20,174 nt of DNA from Paraspadella gotoi (taxonomy: Eukaryota; Animalia; Chaetognatha), in the NCBI GenBank assembly GCA_051294375.1, contig JBJCIZ010000329.1, positions 1-20,174 on the forward strand, in the 5' to 3' direction. The notes below the pieces were generated by a model that did not search any database, was not told the DNA's origin, and saw only the letters and a program-made list of their open reading frames with translations. Each line of letters begins with the position of its first letter. The first letter of the stretch is position 1. A program made the position numbers and the translations under genes. Shown one piece after another: positions 11,101-20,174 of the stretch.

Positions 11101-14100
11101 ACCATAATCGCCTACACTGAGAAAGCCTTGTATAGAGAGACCTCCAGCGTTAAACTCCCGCTCTTCTCCGGACCCACCAATCGCCTACACTGGAAAAGCT
11201 TGTATAGAGAGCCTCAGGTTAAACTCCCGCATCTTCTCCGACCGCACCAATCGGCCTACACTGAAGAAAGCTTGTATAGAGAGAACCTCAGGTTAAACCT
11301 CCCGCTCTTCTCCGGACCACAATCGCCTACACTGAGAAAGCTTGTATAGAGAGACCTCCAGGTTAAACTCCCGCTCTTCTCCGGACCACCAATCGCCTAC
11401 ACTGAAAAGCTTGTATAGAGAACCTCCAGGTTAAACTCCCGCTCTCTCCGGACCACCCAATCGTCCTACACTGAGAAAGCTTGTATAGAGAGACCTCCAG
11501 GTTAAACTCCCGCTCTTCTCCGGACCACCAATCGCCTACACTGAGAAAGCTTGTAAGAGAGACCTCCAGGTTAAACTCCCGCTCTCTCCGGAACGCGCAC
11601 CAATACGCCTACACTGAGAAAGCTTGTATAGAGAGACACTCCAGGTTAAACATCCGCTCTTCTCCGGACCCACCAATCGCCTACACTGAGAAGCTTGTAT
11701 ACGAGAGACCGTCGCAGGTTAAATCGCCGCTCTTCTCCGACCCACCAATCCGCTACACTGAGAAGCTTGTAAGAGAGACCTCCAGGTTAAACTCCCGCTC
11801 TTCTCCGGACCACCAATCGCCTACACTGAGAAGCTATGTATAGAGAGACCTCCAGGTTAAACTCCCGCTCTCTCCGACCCACGAATCGCGTACACTGAGA
11901 AAGCTTGTCATAGAGAGACTCCAGGTTCAAACTCCCGCTCTTCTCCGGACCCGGACCAATGCGCCTAACTGAGAAAGCTTGTATAGAGAGACCTCCAGTT
12001 AAACTCCCGCTCTTTCCGGACCCACCAATCGCCTACACTGAGAAAGCTTGTATAGAGAGACCTCCAGGTTAAACTCCCGCTTTTCTCCGACCCACCAATC
12101 GCTACACTGAGAAAGCTTGTATAGAGAGACCTCCAGGTTAAACTCCCGCTCTTCTCCGGACCACCAATCGCCCTACACTGAGAAAGCTTGTATAGAGAGA
12201 CCTCCAGGTTAACTCCCGCTCTTCTTCCGGACCCACCAAATCGCCTACACTGGAGAAGCTTGTATAGAGAGACCTCCAGGTTAAAACTCCCGCTCTTCTC
12301 CGACCACCAATCCGCCTACACTCGAGAAAGCTTGTATAGAGAGACCTCCAGGTTAAACTCCCGCTCTTTCTCCGGACCCACCAATCGCCTACACTGAGAA
12401 AGCTTGTATAGAGAGACCTCCAGCTTAAACTCCCGCTCTTCTCCGGATCCCAACCAATCGCCTACAACTGAGAAAGCTTGTATAGAGAGACCTCCAGGTT
12501 AAACTCCCGCTCTTCTCCGGACCCACCAATCGCCTACACTGAGAAAGCTTGTATAGAGAGACCTCCAGGTTAAACTCCGCCTCTTCTCCGACCCACAATC
12601 GCCTACACTGAGAAAGCTTGTATAGAGAGACCTCCAGGTTAAACTCCCGCTCTTCTCCGGACCACCAAATCGCACTAACACTGAGAAAGCTTGTATAGAG
12701 AGACCTCCAGAGTTTAACACTCACCGCTCTTCTCCCGGACCACCAATCGCCTCACGTGAGAAAGCTTGTAAGTAAGAGAGACCTCCAGGTTAAACTCCCG
12801 CCTTTTCTCACGCGACCCACAACGCCTCACTAGAGAAAGCTTGTATAGAGAGAACCTCACAGGTTAAACTGACCCGCTCTCTCGCGGACCACCAATCGCC
12901 TACACTGAAGCCGAAAGCCTCCCTGTGAGAGAAGAGACCTCCAGTCGTTAAACCCCCCTCCCGACATCATTTCTCCCCGCGACCACCCATCGCACTCCTG
13001 AGCAAAGCTTGTAATCAGAGAGACCTCCAGCGTTAAACTCACCGCCTCTTCTCCGGACCCCACCAATGCCGACACTGAGAAAGCTTGTAAGTATGAGAGA
13101 CCTCCAGGTTAACACTCAACCGCTCTTCTCCGGACCCACCAAATCGCCTAACACTGACGAAAGCTTTGTATAGAGGAGACCTCCAGGATTAACCACTCAC
13201 ACGCTCTCTCTCGGACCCACAATCCGCCATACACTGACAAAGCTTGTATAAGAGAGCCTCCAAGGTTAAACTCCCACTCCTTCTCCGGACCCACCAAATC
13301 GTCCTACACTGAGAAAGCTTGTATAGAGAGACCTCAGGTAAAACTCCCGCTCTTTCTCCGCAGACCCACCAATCGCCTAACACTGAGAAGCTGGTATAGA
13401 CGAGACCTCCAGGTTAAACTCCCGCTCTTCTCGACTTCACAACACAACTCGCCTTCACACTCGACGAAGCTCTGTATATCGACGAGACCTCCAGGGTAAA
13501 CTACGCGCTATTTACTACAAGGACCACCACCATCGCCTACACCTGAGACAAGCTAAAACATATATAGACGAGCCTCCGAGGTTAAACTCATAGGAAACTC
13601 TTCTCCGGACCCCACCAATCGCCTACACGAGAAAGCCTTGTATATGAGAGACTCCAGGTTAAAACTCCCGCTCTTCTTCCGACCACCAATCGGCCTACTA
13701 ACTATGAGAACGGCTTGTATAAGAGAGACCTCCAGGTTAAACATCACCGCTCTTCTCGACCCACCAATCAGCCTACACTGAGAAAGCATGTAGTTAGAGA
13801 GACCTCCAGGTTAAACTCCCGCTGCTTCTCCGCGACCCACAATCGCCTACCTTAGAAAGCTTGCTATAGAGAGCCTCCAGGTTAAACTCGCCGCTCTTCT
13901 CCGGACCTCACCAATCGCGCTACACTGTAGAAAGCTTGTATAGAGAGACCCAGGCGTTAAACTCCCCGCTCTTCCGACCCACCAATCGTCCGTACACTCG
14001 AGGAAAGCTATGCGCTATAGAGAGACTCCAGGTTAAACTCCCGCTTCTTCTCCGGATCCCACCAATCGGCCTACATGAGAAAGCTGTATAGGAGGAGACC

Positions 14101-14348
14101 TCCAGGTTAAAATCTCCCGCTCTTCTCCGGACCCCACCAATCGCCTACACTGAAGAAGCTTGTATAGAGAGACCTCTCCAGGTGTAAACTCCCGCTCTTC
14201 TCCGACCCACAATCGCCTACCACTGAGAAAGCTTGTATAGAGAGACCTCCAGCGTTTAAACTCCCTCTCTCCGACCCACCAATGCCTACACTGAGAAATT
14301 GTATAGAGAGACCTCAGGTTAAACTCCCGCTCTTCTCCGGACCCACCA
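8165..14348. repeat. Tandem (satellite/minisatellite) array, 71-bp unit, about 87 copies
   Basis: Consensus CACTGAGAAAGCTTGTATAGAGAGACCTCCAGGTTAAACTCCCGCTCTTCTCCGGACCCACCAATCGCCTA (71 nt) repeats head-to-tail with no unique spacers; 6184 bp / 71 is about 87. Each intact unit has HindIII (AAGCTT) and BspEI (TCCGGA) sites. Deviations are mostly 1-3 nt indels. Confidence 0.98.
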
Positions 14349-14635
14349 GCAAAATGGTCTTTCTTTATGCCCCCAGCCTACCCACCTCCTTCATTTTGGT
14401 TCGAAATTTATTGACTCAGCAATTCTTTAAATTTTTATATTTTTATTGATAATTTTATTATCTTCTTTCTTGAGCTATCTTGATGGAAGCTAACAAAAAA
14501 AATTAATTTGCCATTAAACCATTTTTTTTAAAAATTATATTGCTTTGATATACTTTTTAACTAAACAATACTATATAGTCTGAAGATTTTTATCTTTATT
14601 TTAAAATACTGCAATATGTGAATTAAGAAATTAAT

Positions 14636-14687
14636 AAACAAGTTTGCGTAAACAATGTCGGATCTGCCCACGATCATTATCGGTAAT
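14636..14687 (-). mobile_element. HINE-like 3' terminus (subterminal inverted repeat + palindrome)
   Basis: Reverse complement ATTACCGATAATGATCGTGGGCAGATCCGACATTGTTTACGCAAACTTGTTT closely matches 7053-7105. Confidence 0.8.
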
Positions 14688-14984
14688 TAAATAATTAATA
14701 AGTATTTAAATGATAATTAATTAATTAATTAATTAGTCAATTAATTAATTAACTTGATCCGAAATATTTATTTCATGGCTCCGAGATTTAGTCTATCTCT
14801 CACTCTCTCTCTCTCTCTCTCTCTCTCTCATACACGCGTTTGTTCGTTATCTCGATTTTGGATCACTTTAACTTCTTTGTGACGTTGTCGTCGTTGTCTT
14901 CGTCTGCGTCGGCGTCACGCTTTTTCTCTTTCTTTCTTTCTCTTTCTTTCACTTATACATGCATGTTTGTTTTATTTACGATGA

Positions 14985-15095
14985 ACGATTCATCGTGTCA
15001 ATGAATGATTATCATCATATCAATGAATGACTATCATCGCATCAATCATATGCTTATCATCGCATAAATTATTGGTTATTAGTTATCATCGCGTC
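14985..15095. repeat. Degenerate ~21-bp repeat (TATCATCGCATCAATGAATGA)
   Basis: Four to five imperfect copies. Confidence 0.75.
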
Positions 15096-15177
15096 TATTT
15101 TTTGTCTTTATTTTTTTATTTCTTTATTTTCTTCTCTTGTCAGGCGAGATCCTATTCTTTTAAGATTTTTTAAAATT

Positions 15178-15182
15178 GTTTT

Positions 15183-15214
<32 letters not shown>

Positions 15215-15495
15215 TCCCTCTTTTTCTCTTTCTTTCCCTGTCTCTCTCTTTTTCTTTCCCTGCCTCTCTCTCTATTTCTGTCTCTCTTTTTTTTTCTTTC
15301 CGTCTCTCTCTCTTTTTTTCCTTCCATCTCTTTCTCTCTTTTTTTCCTTCAATCTCTTTCTCTCTTTTTTTTCTTCCATCTTTCTCTCTCTCTTTTTTTA
15401 TTTCCGTCTCTCTTTTTTTTCTTTCCGACTCTGTTTCTTTCTTTCTTTCTTATCTTTTTTTTTTTCTTCCTTCTCTCTCTCTCTCTTTCCTTTTT
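15178..15495. repeat. Polypyrimidine (CT/CTTT) low-complexity tract
   Basis: About 315 bp composed almost only of C and T. Confidence 0.95.
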
Positions 15496-15642
15496 TAATT
15501 TCTACTGGTCTTATCGTTTTTTTCTGTCTTTAATTCATTGATTATATTTTACTATTATGTTTTGGTGATAAATGGCTCATTACTTATTTAAATTAACTTC
15601 AACTTATATATTTAATCATTATTTGATTTGAAATTTCTTATC

Positions 15643-15997
15643 TGTAGTTTATTTTTCTTAGTAAATTCAACGATTTGACTATCTCTCGCTGATAGAGCTT
15701 ATTACTCTGTTTCAAAACTTAAAACGCCCATAAATTCTCGCAAACTAAAGGATCCATGGATCACAGTCCTGACTGTTAAAAATAATATAAGTGTTCTCTT
15801 GATTTGAAACTTTAATAAACGCAGTAACTGAAAGTAAAATAATTTTTTTCCCTCATTGTGTAGTTATTTCTTAGTAATTTTGACGATTTGACTTCTCTCT
15901 GATAATAGCTTATTACTATCTGTTAAAAACTCAAAACGCATAAAAACCGCAATATACAATATATTAATGAATAATAGTTTAACTATTCAAAAATAGT
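15643..15997. repeat. Diverged direct duplication, period ~216 bp
   Basis: TGTAGTT..TTTCTTAGTAA..ACGATTTGACT.TCTCTC..TGATA..AGCTTATTACT..CTGTT..AAAACT.AAAACGC begins at both 15643 and 15859. Confidence 0.8.
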
Positions 15998-17469
15998 TGA
16001 CACTTGTCATAGAATTAACTGGTTAAGAAACCAAGTAACTTAATGGTAAAGAAAAATTTTAATCATTTTTGTAAGTTAATTTCTTATATATAAAAATAAT
16101 TATTTGTGGACTGACAAGTAACAATGAAAAAAAATCATTTCTCTCTCACTTTTAGAGATAAGAAAAACCGCAACGGACATGCTCATGCTAAAACCTTATG
16201 TTATGTTATTAAAGATAGATAAAACAATTTATATAACAATTATAATTAAACGGGCCTATTATTTAAAAACTTGGTCTTTTTCCTTAAAATGAATAGGGTT
16301 AAATTACCTCTAATAATGCTTAAAAATATTAAATACCGCAAAAAGGCTAAAAATTATGAAAACCAGATGATGGTTTTCGGAAAGAATGATAAAACAGCTT
16401 TCAAGTCTCATATTACAAATTGATATGTACTTTTCAGTTAAGGGAACTGCATCAATTTAAATAAACATGTTTTTATTGAGAAAGGCGTCAAAGTACGGTA
16501 GACCGTAGAAAAACGGATAGGTTTGGATTGGAAGGTTGTTTTTCTGCGTGTATAGAGCGCCTTCAGAGCTTACTACTTGAACACCCTTTTAAAATTAGAT
16601 ACCCGCTACTGGCGTCAGGATTTCTTCCTGAGTCATGTGGCACCGTGTTTCTGCGGCGAGCGGTGGCAGCCGCTGGCGACAGATAAAGATTAACACTTTT
16701 GAAGAGGATTTTTGTCTTCCAGTACATGAGAAATAATGATGACAATAACAATTTTATTTTAAAGCCAATTTTATGTAAGTCAGCTCTAAATTGCAGAAGT
16801 ATGTCATGCCTTCAGAATCGCTTCCCCGGGGCGTGCTGGGCGCCCCGCGGAGTGGCCCGCGGGGCGGCGCCCGCAGGGCAACAGGCAAATTCTTTACCGC
16901 TGGCGGGCGGCCCTGTAGCCTACTTTTGGGGCCCAAGGTTCCCGAATTGCCACGTCCAGGTTCCAGGGAATCCCTGGGGCTAGAGAAAAACTTCCCCGGG
17001 GGCCCCCCACAGGTGGGGATGGAGATTTTTTTCTGCCCCCTGGAATGGCTCTCTCTCCCTCTCCTATCTCTCTCTTCCGTCTCTTCTCCTCTCTCTTCTC
17101 TCTTCATTAATAATAAAAATATAAAATTAATATTTTTCACTTCTATTAATCATCAATATGGAGCCAATAGTTGTACCAATACATGCAAATTGGTCAACTT
17201 AAAATTTGGTCACAATCGATAATTTTGAGCTCAATGACATTAATTGGTCAACTATGAATTAGGTCATAATGAGTCAACTGTTTAGAATTTGTAACGTTTA
17301 TTGTAAATTTGGGATAACTTTTCGAATTATTGTTAACGTTTAACAATTTGGTCATAGGCAAAGTTTGTGTAATTTTTTGATAGGATATTAATGTATAGAC
17401 TTTCGTTTTTCGTTGTTTGGGCTTAAGACGAAAAACAATTTTTATTTGTTTTGACAACAAATTTTTTTA

Positions 17470-17668
17470 TAATTTAGTCAAGTTTACTAATTTTGGTTAA
17501 CCTTCAATAATTTTCTTTAATTTATAAACTTAGGGTGAACTTTATAATTGGTAAACTTTCAGTAATTTGGTAAAATTTATATTTGGTATAACTTTCATCA
17601 TTGGTAAACTTTTATATTTGGTAAAACTTTTATAATTTAATCAACTTACATAATTCAATCAACTTTAA
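17470..17668. repeat. Degenerate ~19-bp minisatellite (AATTTGGTAAAACTTTAT-like)
   Basis: Recurring TTGGT-AA(A)CTTT spacing. Confidence 0.7.
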
Positions 17669-18072
17669 GTCCATCCTATATTAGCATTAAACTCTAATTT
17701 ATTTGTAATTAAATAGATGGATTGGAATAAAATTTGTTCTATGGTTAGAAAAGTATGTGATTGAGCTTAATATAAAGTTTTGCTAATTTGTCTCTCCAAA
17801 CGTCAGCCTGCCTGCTTAACAACGTGGTTCGATCTAGAGCAATCTACAACTGATGATTATTAATTACAAATCCTAAATGTAAAAAATTTTATTCATCGAT
17901 GTGAAAAATATTGATCATGAATTAAAAATCTGGATAAATAGTTTTAATTATTTTTTGTGGGGCTCCATTTTAAAAATATGTCTCTCTCGTATCAGTCATC
18001 AGTATGTCGATCCAAACACAAAAACGGAAAAAAATAAGAAAAAAAAGACAGTGAACTCTCGTATTAGTCTTT

Positions 18073-18122
18073 TTACCACTAAATTTTTTGGCCACGTCTA
18101 CATTGTTTGCTCAAACTTGTTT
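18073..18122 (+). mobile_element. Degenerate HINE-like 3' terminus
   Basis: CATTGTTTGCTCAAACTTGTTT is identical to 7084-7105 and is preceded by a decayed TTACC.CTAA segment. Confidence 0.65.
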
Positions 18123-19019
18123 CTATATCTTTTAATTAAAATAAAATAATTGGGTGTTAAAATTACAAATATTATAATTTCTTAGATTAATAATAAGGAA
18201 TAAACAAATTAACAAAAATTTGGAAACAACAAAGTATATTGAATTCAGTTTACATGAACAAGTCTTGAAAGAGAAAGAAAACAAAATATAGAGAAGAGAA
18301 AGAAAGAAAGGAGAGAAGAAGAAAAGAGAGAAAAAAAAGAGAAGAAGAAAGAGAAAGAGAGAGAGAAGAGAAAAAAAGTAGAGAGAAAGAGAGAGAGGAG
18401 AGAGAGAGTACAGTAGGAGAGGAGTATTCTCAGATTACAATAACATAGTCAGAAAGTATATTTTCTGCATCCTAAACTTTGCTCTCTCCCTAACTCGCCC
18501 TGGGGAAGCAGTTTTTGCCCCCAAGGGGTTCCCCAGGGGCACAGACATTTTTTTTGGGCCGGGGCTAGCATTAGGGCGCCCCCTAATAGACCCTCCAAAA
18601 AATGTTGGCCCCTGGGGGTAACCCCCTGGGGCTGCCCCTGAAGGCATTCCAGAAGGGGCGCCCCCCCCCACCATGAGACCATATGTTAACTTGCTCCCCC
18701 TGGAATAGCCTGCCCCCTGGGGCCGCCCTAGAGCCACCAACCCCGGGGGGCGGAGGATTTGGGAGATGACATATCTCCTAAATTGGGAATCCCAATATGG
18801 TCAATAATATACTTGAACGTGTCTGAAACTACGTTCACATAGTTTAAGCGGTATAGGTATGCTTTATATGTTTACAATTGTCTACAACGACGACGAAAAC
18901 TTCAATTATAACAACAAAGAAATCGGATCAAAAATGCATACTTGGTCAAGGTTTATAGGTTTATATAGATTAACATAGGTGGATATGTTGGTGCTTGGGG
19001 CTCAATACTGATTCCTTAA

Positions 19020-19098
19020 TTTAGTTCAATCAGGTTGGCCAATTCAATCAGTTCAACCAGTCCAATTAGTTCAATCAGTTTAATCAGTTCAATCAGAT
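19020..19098. repeat. 9-bp tandem repeat (CAGTTCAAT), imperfect
   Basis: Directly visible. Confidence 0.8.
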
Positions 19099-19269
19099 TG
19101 GCCTTTTTAGCGACACGAAATGAATGATGTCACTAAATTGTCTATATCACAACAACACAAAATTGAAACATCACACTGTATAAAGTTTTATCCGAATTCT
19201 AAGCAAAATCTTAAATCTAAAACTCTAGGGAAAACCAAGTTTATATTGCTCACAAACAACGATTTTTTA

Positions 19270-19530
19270 ATTCACTTTGTCGGTCCGTCGGTCCGACCCC
19301 TCAATATTGTCGGGCAATCACTTACATCATGTCAGAACATCGAATTATGATAAATTATGCAAAAAAAAAGAAGTCCGTCCGTCCGTCTGTCTGTCTGTCC
19401 GTCCATCCGTCCCACCTTAGCAAAAAGCTCGTGATTGGGTGGTTGGATTGGAATGAAATTTTGTGTGTGGGTAGGAAAGGGTGTGATGAAGCTGGATATA
19501 AAGTTATTATAAAAAAAATTAAAATTCGGT
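19270..19530 (+). mobile_element. HINE-like element, 5'-truncated copy C (no array)
   Basis: CACTTTGTCGGTCCGTCGGTCC..TTGTCGGGCA..ATGTCAGAACATC..TATGCAAAAAAAAA..(GTCY)n..CCCACCTTAGCAAAAAGCTC is colinear with 5705-5846. The 5' hairpin is absent; right boundary approximate. Confidence 0.78.
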
Positions 19531-19789
19531 GAGGAAATTTCTAAGTAGGAACTAGAAAGACGTTTGAACAAATATTTTTAAATTCCCGTTTTAATAAAGT
19601 TGTAATTTCTATTTTCAGATTTTAAATCAAACTCGAGTGTCTTTGGAGATCGAAGTACAATTTTTGCGTCTACGCATCTCGAGAAACTTATTTTTAAAAA
19701 GACCATTGAAAAACTTCAAAACTAAATAATAATTTAAATAAGTTCTGAAGTATAAAAGGAGTTTTAAGCAAAAATAAGTGGGAAAAAAA

Positions 19790-20030
19790 ATTTGCTTCAA
19801 ATCATGGTAGTGAAGAGGCTGGTCTTTTACAGGGCGCCACACCCGCAGCGGTGTCACCTCGTGGCGACAGCGAGACAGCATGTTCATGTAGTCCAGAGCT
19901 TTGGATCTGGCAGTAGGCCTTTGCCTACAGGCGGGTTACCCGGTCCAGCCCACTTTCTACATGACAACCTCAGGGCTCGAACCAAGGACGCACATTGGGA
20001 TGGTGCATTAGTCCACTGAGCCACTGAGAC
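19790..20030 (-). mobile_element. tRNA-derived SINE (or Pol III ncRNA) with intact internal promoter
   Basis: Minus strand: A box TGGCTCAGTGG (20023-20013) and B box GGTTCGAGCCC (19983-19973), 29 nt apart, with a G 7 nt upstream of the A box. Followed by a ~180-nt GC-richer non-tRNA body; first T>=4 run on this strand is at 19790-19783. No TSD recognised. Confidence 0.75.
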
Positions 20031-20174
20031 GCTGTGAAAGAAACAGCTTTAATCCATCTGTGGTGATAGGACCACCAGAGTAGATATTTAAAAAGACGCA
20101 TCGATAAGAAATAGGGTATTGAGAGAAAAGATACAGAAATTTGATAATCAAAAATACAGGAGGACAGAAAGAGG

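Larger units (their letters stand above)
16824..18748. mobile_element. Degenerate inverted-arm non-autonomous DNA transposon (PIF/Harbinger- or hAT-type MITE-like)
   Basis: GC-rich arms ~16824-17050 and ~18495-18748 with repeated CCCCTGG/CCAGGG motifs; partial inverted similarity between 16852-16892 and 18703-18737; mirrored (CT)-rich and (GA)-rich tracts inside the arms. Confidence 0.4.

Noticed and set aside
8675-13789. Many ORFs inside the array
   Set aside because: 71 is not a multiple of 3, and each consensus unit has plus-strand stops in all three frames (TGA, TAG, TAA). The ORFs arise from frame cycling and indels.
8165-14348. CRISPR array
   Set aside because: The whole 71-nt unit repeats; there are no unique spacers and no cas genes, and the context is eukaryotic.
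8165-14348. Hammerhead or twister ribozyme in the satellite unit
   Set aside because: CTGAGAAAG lacks the CUGANGA-stem II-GAAA arrangement. TAAACTCCCGC..CCGGACCC only loosely resembles twister and lacks the GAGGG and paired stems.
8165-14348. Synthetic or adapter origin (unit contains BsaI, SapI, HindIII and BspEI sites)
   Set aside because: It matches no adapter I recognise, and its junctions fall at a biologically meaningful TE position; a UniVec search would settle it.
15176-15541. 121-aa F/L/S-rich ORF (likewise 220-411, 1487-1717, 7670-7962)
   Set aside because: Translations of microsatellites.
16699-17222. Overlapping G/P/R-rich ORFs (also 18435-18740)
   Set aside because: Expected from stop-poor GC-rich repeat arms; no homology recognised.
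19960-20030. Functional tRNA gene
   Set aside because: A and B boxes are present, but the acceptor/T stems and anticodon arm do not form a canonical cloverleaf, and a long body follows.

Overview
AT-rich, microsatellite-laden eukaryotic non-coding DNA, most likely from an invertebrate animal (inference from repeat types; no taxon can be named). No credible protein-coding gene was found: the listed ORFs are products of microsatellites, the tandem array or GC-rich patches. The dominant feature is a ~6.2 kb head-to-tail array of a 71-bp unit (8165-14348, about 87 copies). It sits immediately after the (GTCY)n microsatellite of a Helentron-associated non-autonomous element (HINE/DINE-1-like), whose 5' and 3' ends occur several more times in the window without the array. 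Other elements are a tRNA-derived SINE with intact A/B boxes and a strongly folded body (minus strand, ~19790-20030), an ~820-bp element with Transib/RSS-like termini (4380-5199), a hairpin-rich ~300-nt element in two diverged tandem copies (2345-3210), and a degenerate inverted-arm element (~16824-18748). Parts of the sequence, notably the array edges, look like noisy long-read consensus. All alignments and folds were done by eye.
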